A DNA stretch of 64,000 nucleotides, taken from contig NC_087447.1 of the NCBI RefSeq assembly GCF_036321535.1, forward strand, positions 32,986,001-33,050,000, in the 5' to 3' direction. Origin of the DNA: Camelus dromedarius. Lineage: Eukaryota. The first letter of the stretch is position 1, and each line of letters starts with the position of its first letter. The translations under genes and the position numbers were made by a program. Below the pieces are notes generated by a model. That model saw only the letters and a program-made list of their open reading frames with translations. It was not told the origin of the DNA and did no database searches. This document shows positions 62,825 through 64,000 of the stretch, in pieces.

Positions 62825-64000
62825 GGTCTCAAGAGGAAGGTAGCGGCCTGGTTATGGAGTCTTGGATGTCATGCTGGGGGGGTCTGGGCTTTCTCAGTAG
62901 GTGATTCCAGGCTACTGAAAGGATTAAACAAGGGGATGAGTAGTCAAAATTGTATTTTGGCTAGATCTCTCTTGGCGCAAAGAGGAATATGAATTGTAAG
63001 AGACAAGATTAAAAGTTGTTAGATGTAGAGGCAACTCAATAGTCCACGTGATAGATACTAGGCTGCAGTGATGGTGAAACTGTCATTCAGTATTATGAAA
63101 GGAAGGGGACCAATGAAGAGGAAGGGAAGATGGGTCTCATTGAGGGATTTACTTTAAAATGATGCTACACACAGCCAACATCTCTGACAAGCGTTTTCTA
63201 CATCTAAATAAAGAGAGTGAAAATCACTATGAGGTGCATTTCAATGGATACTAAATACAATAAAGAGAAGAGAAAGACGGCAGCTGCTGAATAAAAGAAG
63301 AGAAAGGTACTAAAAATGTGATCTACGCCAGACGCTGGGCCAAACTCTCATGCACAAAGTGTTATTACTCGATTCTTTCTAATGCCGTAAATAAACAAAC
63401 CAACACTACTGTAACCATTTTAAAATAAAGGAAAGGGTCTCCCTAGTGATTATGTAAAGTGCTTAGTAGAGAACCTGGGACATGACAGGTATTTAACAAA
63501 CTTTTGATGTCTTCCCTATGGGAAGGTCCTCAGACATTATCCTTACTGAATCTAACCAGAAGTGAGGACTTTGTCATTCAACAGATGATCTTACATACTG
63601 TCTCTTACCCAAGCTTTCTGCAGGTACCAGACCCAGTTCAGACTTGGCCCTGGTATCAGAGGTTACAGTTCTCGGTACTGCTGTACACATCTCCCTCGGG
63701 CAGTGAGTGTTGAGGGTGGAAGAAAAAAATCAGAGTTTGAGTCGATTCTGCATTTTGATCATTTTTACACATTAACAATCCCACATGGCTAACTATGGAG
63801 ATATTTGGAAACTCTGAGCAAGAAGAATGAGGTGTCAATTGGTTTCTTCCCAAATAATGGTGTTAAGTACACAAGTTTCTCTATCTGAAGCTCTAAACTC
63901 CATATGAAGTTGGCTTGCTCCTTCCTCCAAACCGGCATAGATTACACATGTCAAGTTCTGAAGTAATTAAACAAGGGAGCCATTAGACTGAGGCAACTCT

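Larger units (their letters stand above)
44965..64000 (-). other. NELL1: NELL1 intron upstream of the EGF4 exon (continues beyond the window end)
   Basis: Ends in a T25 tract and CAG acceptor at 44965; no other NELL1 exon recognised. Confidence 0.85.

Noticed and set aside
1..64000. A novel multi-gene system or nested gene
   Set aside because: Apart from the NELL1 exon I found no coding signal, RNA gene or CpG-island promoter; a spliced lncRNA cannot be excluded from sequence alone.

Overview
Mammalian genomic DNA, most likely a camelid (alpaca, llama or camel), judged from Vic-1-type tRNA-derived SINEs and camelid-type L1 3' ends. The window lies inside the giant introns of NELL1, which runs on the minus strand. 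It contains one coding exon: 96 nt at 44869-44964, phase 1-1, encoding one EGF-like module (AFCEEGCRYGGTCVAPNKCVCPSGFTGSHCEK, the fourth EGF repeat, exon ~15 in human). The rest is intron: young and old L1 fragments, a near full-length HAL1, L2, CR1/L3 fossils, MIRs, MaLR LTRs, Tigger1-derived and hAT MITEs, microsatellites and a few repeat-free stretches that may be regulatory. I found no convincing new gene or multi-component system, and the other ORFs in the track are chance or repeat-derived. The most notable observations are a hairpin next to the exon's weak 5' splice site, a T25 splice-acceptor tract, three short L1 3' ends truncated at nearly the same point, several twin-priming L1 inversions, nested insertions and an 83-bp tandem duplication. 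Repeat family names are from recognition of consensus sequences, not a database search, and boundaries of old repeats are approximate.
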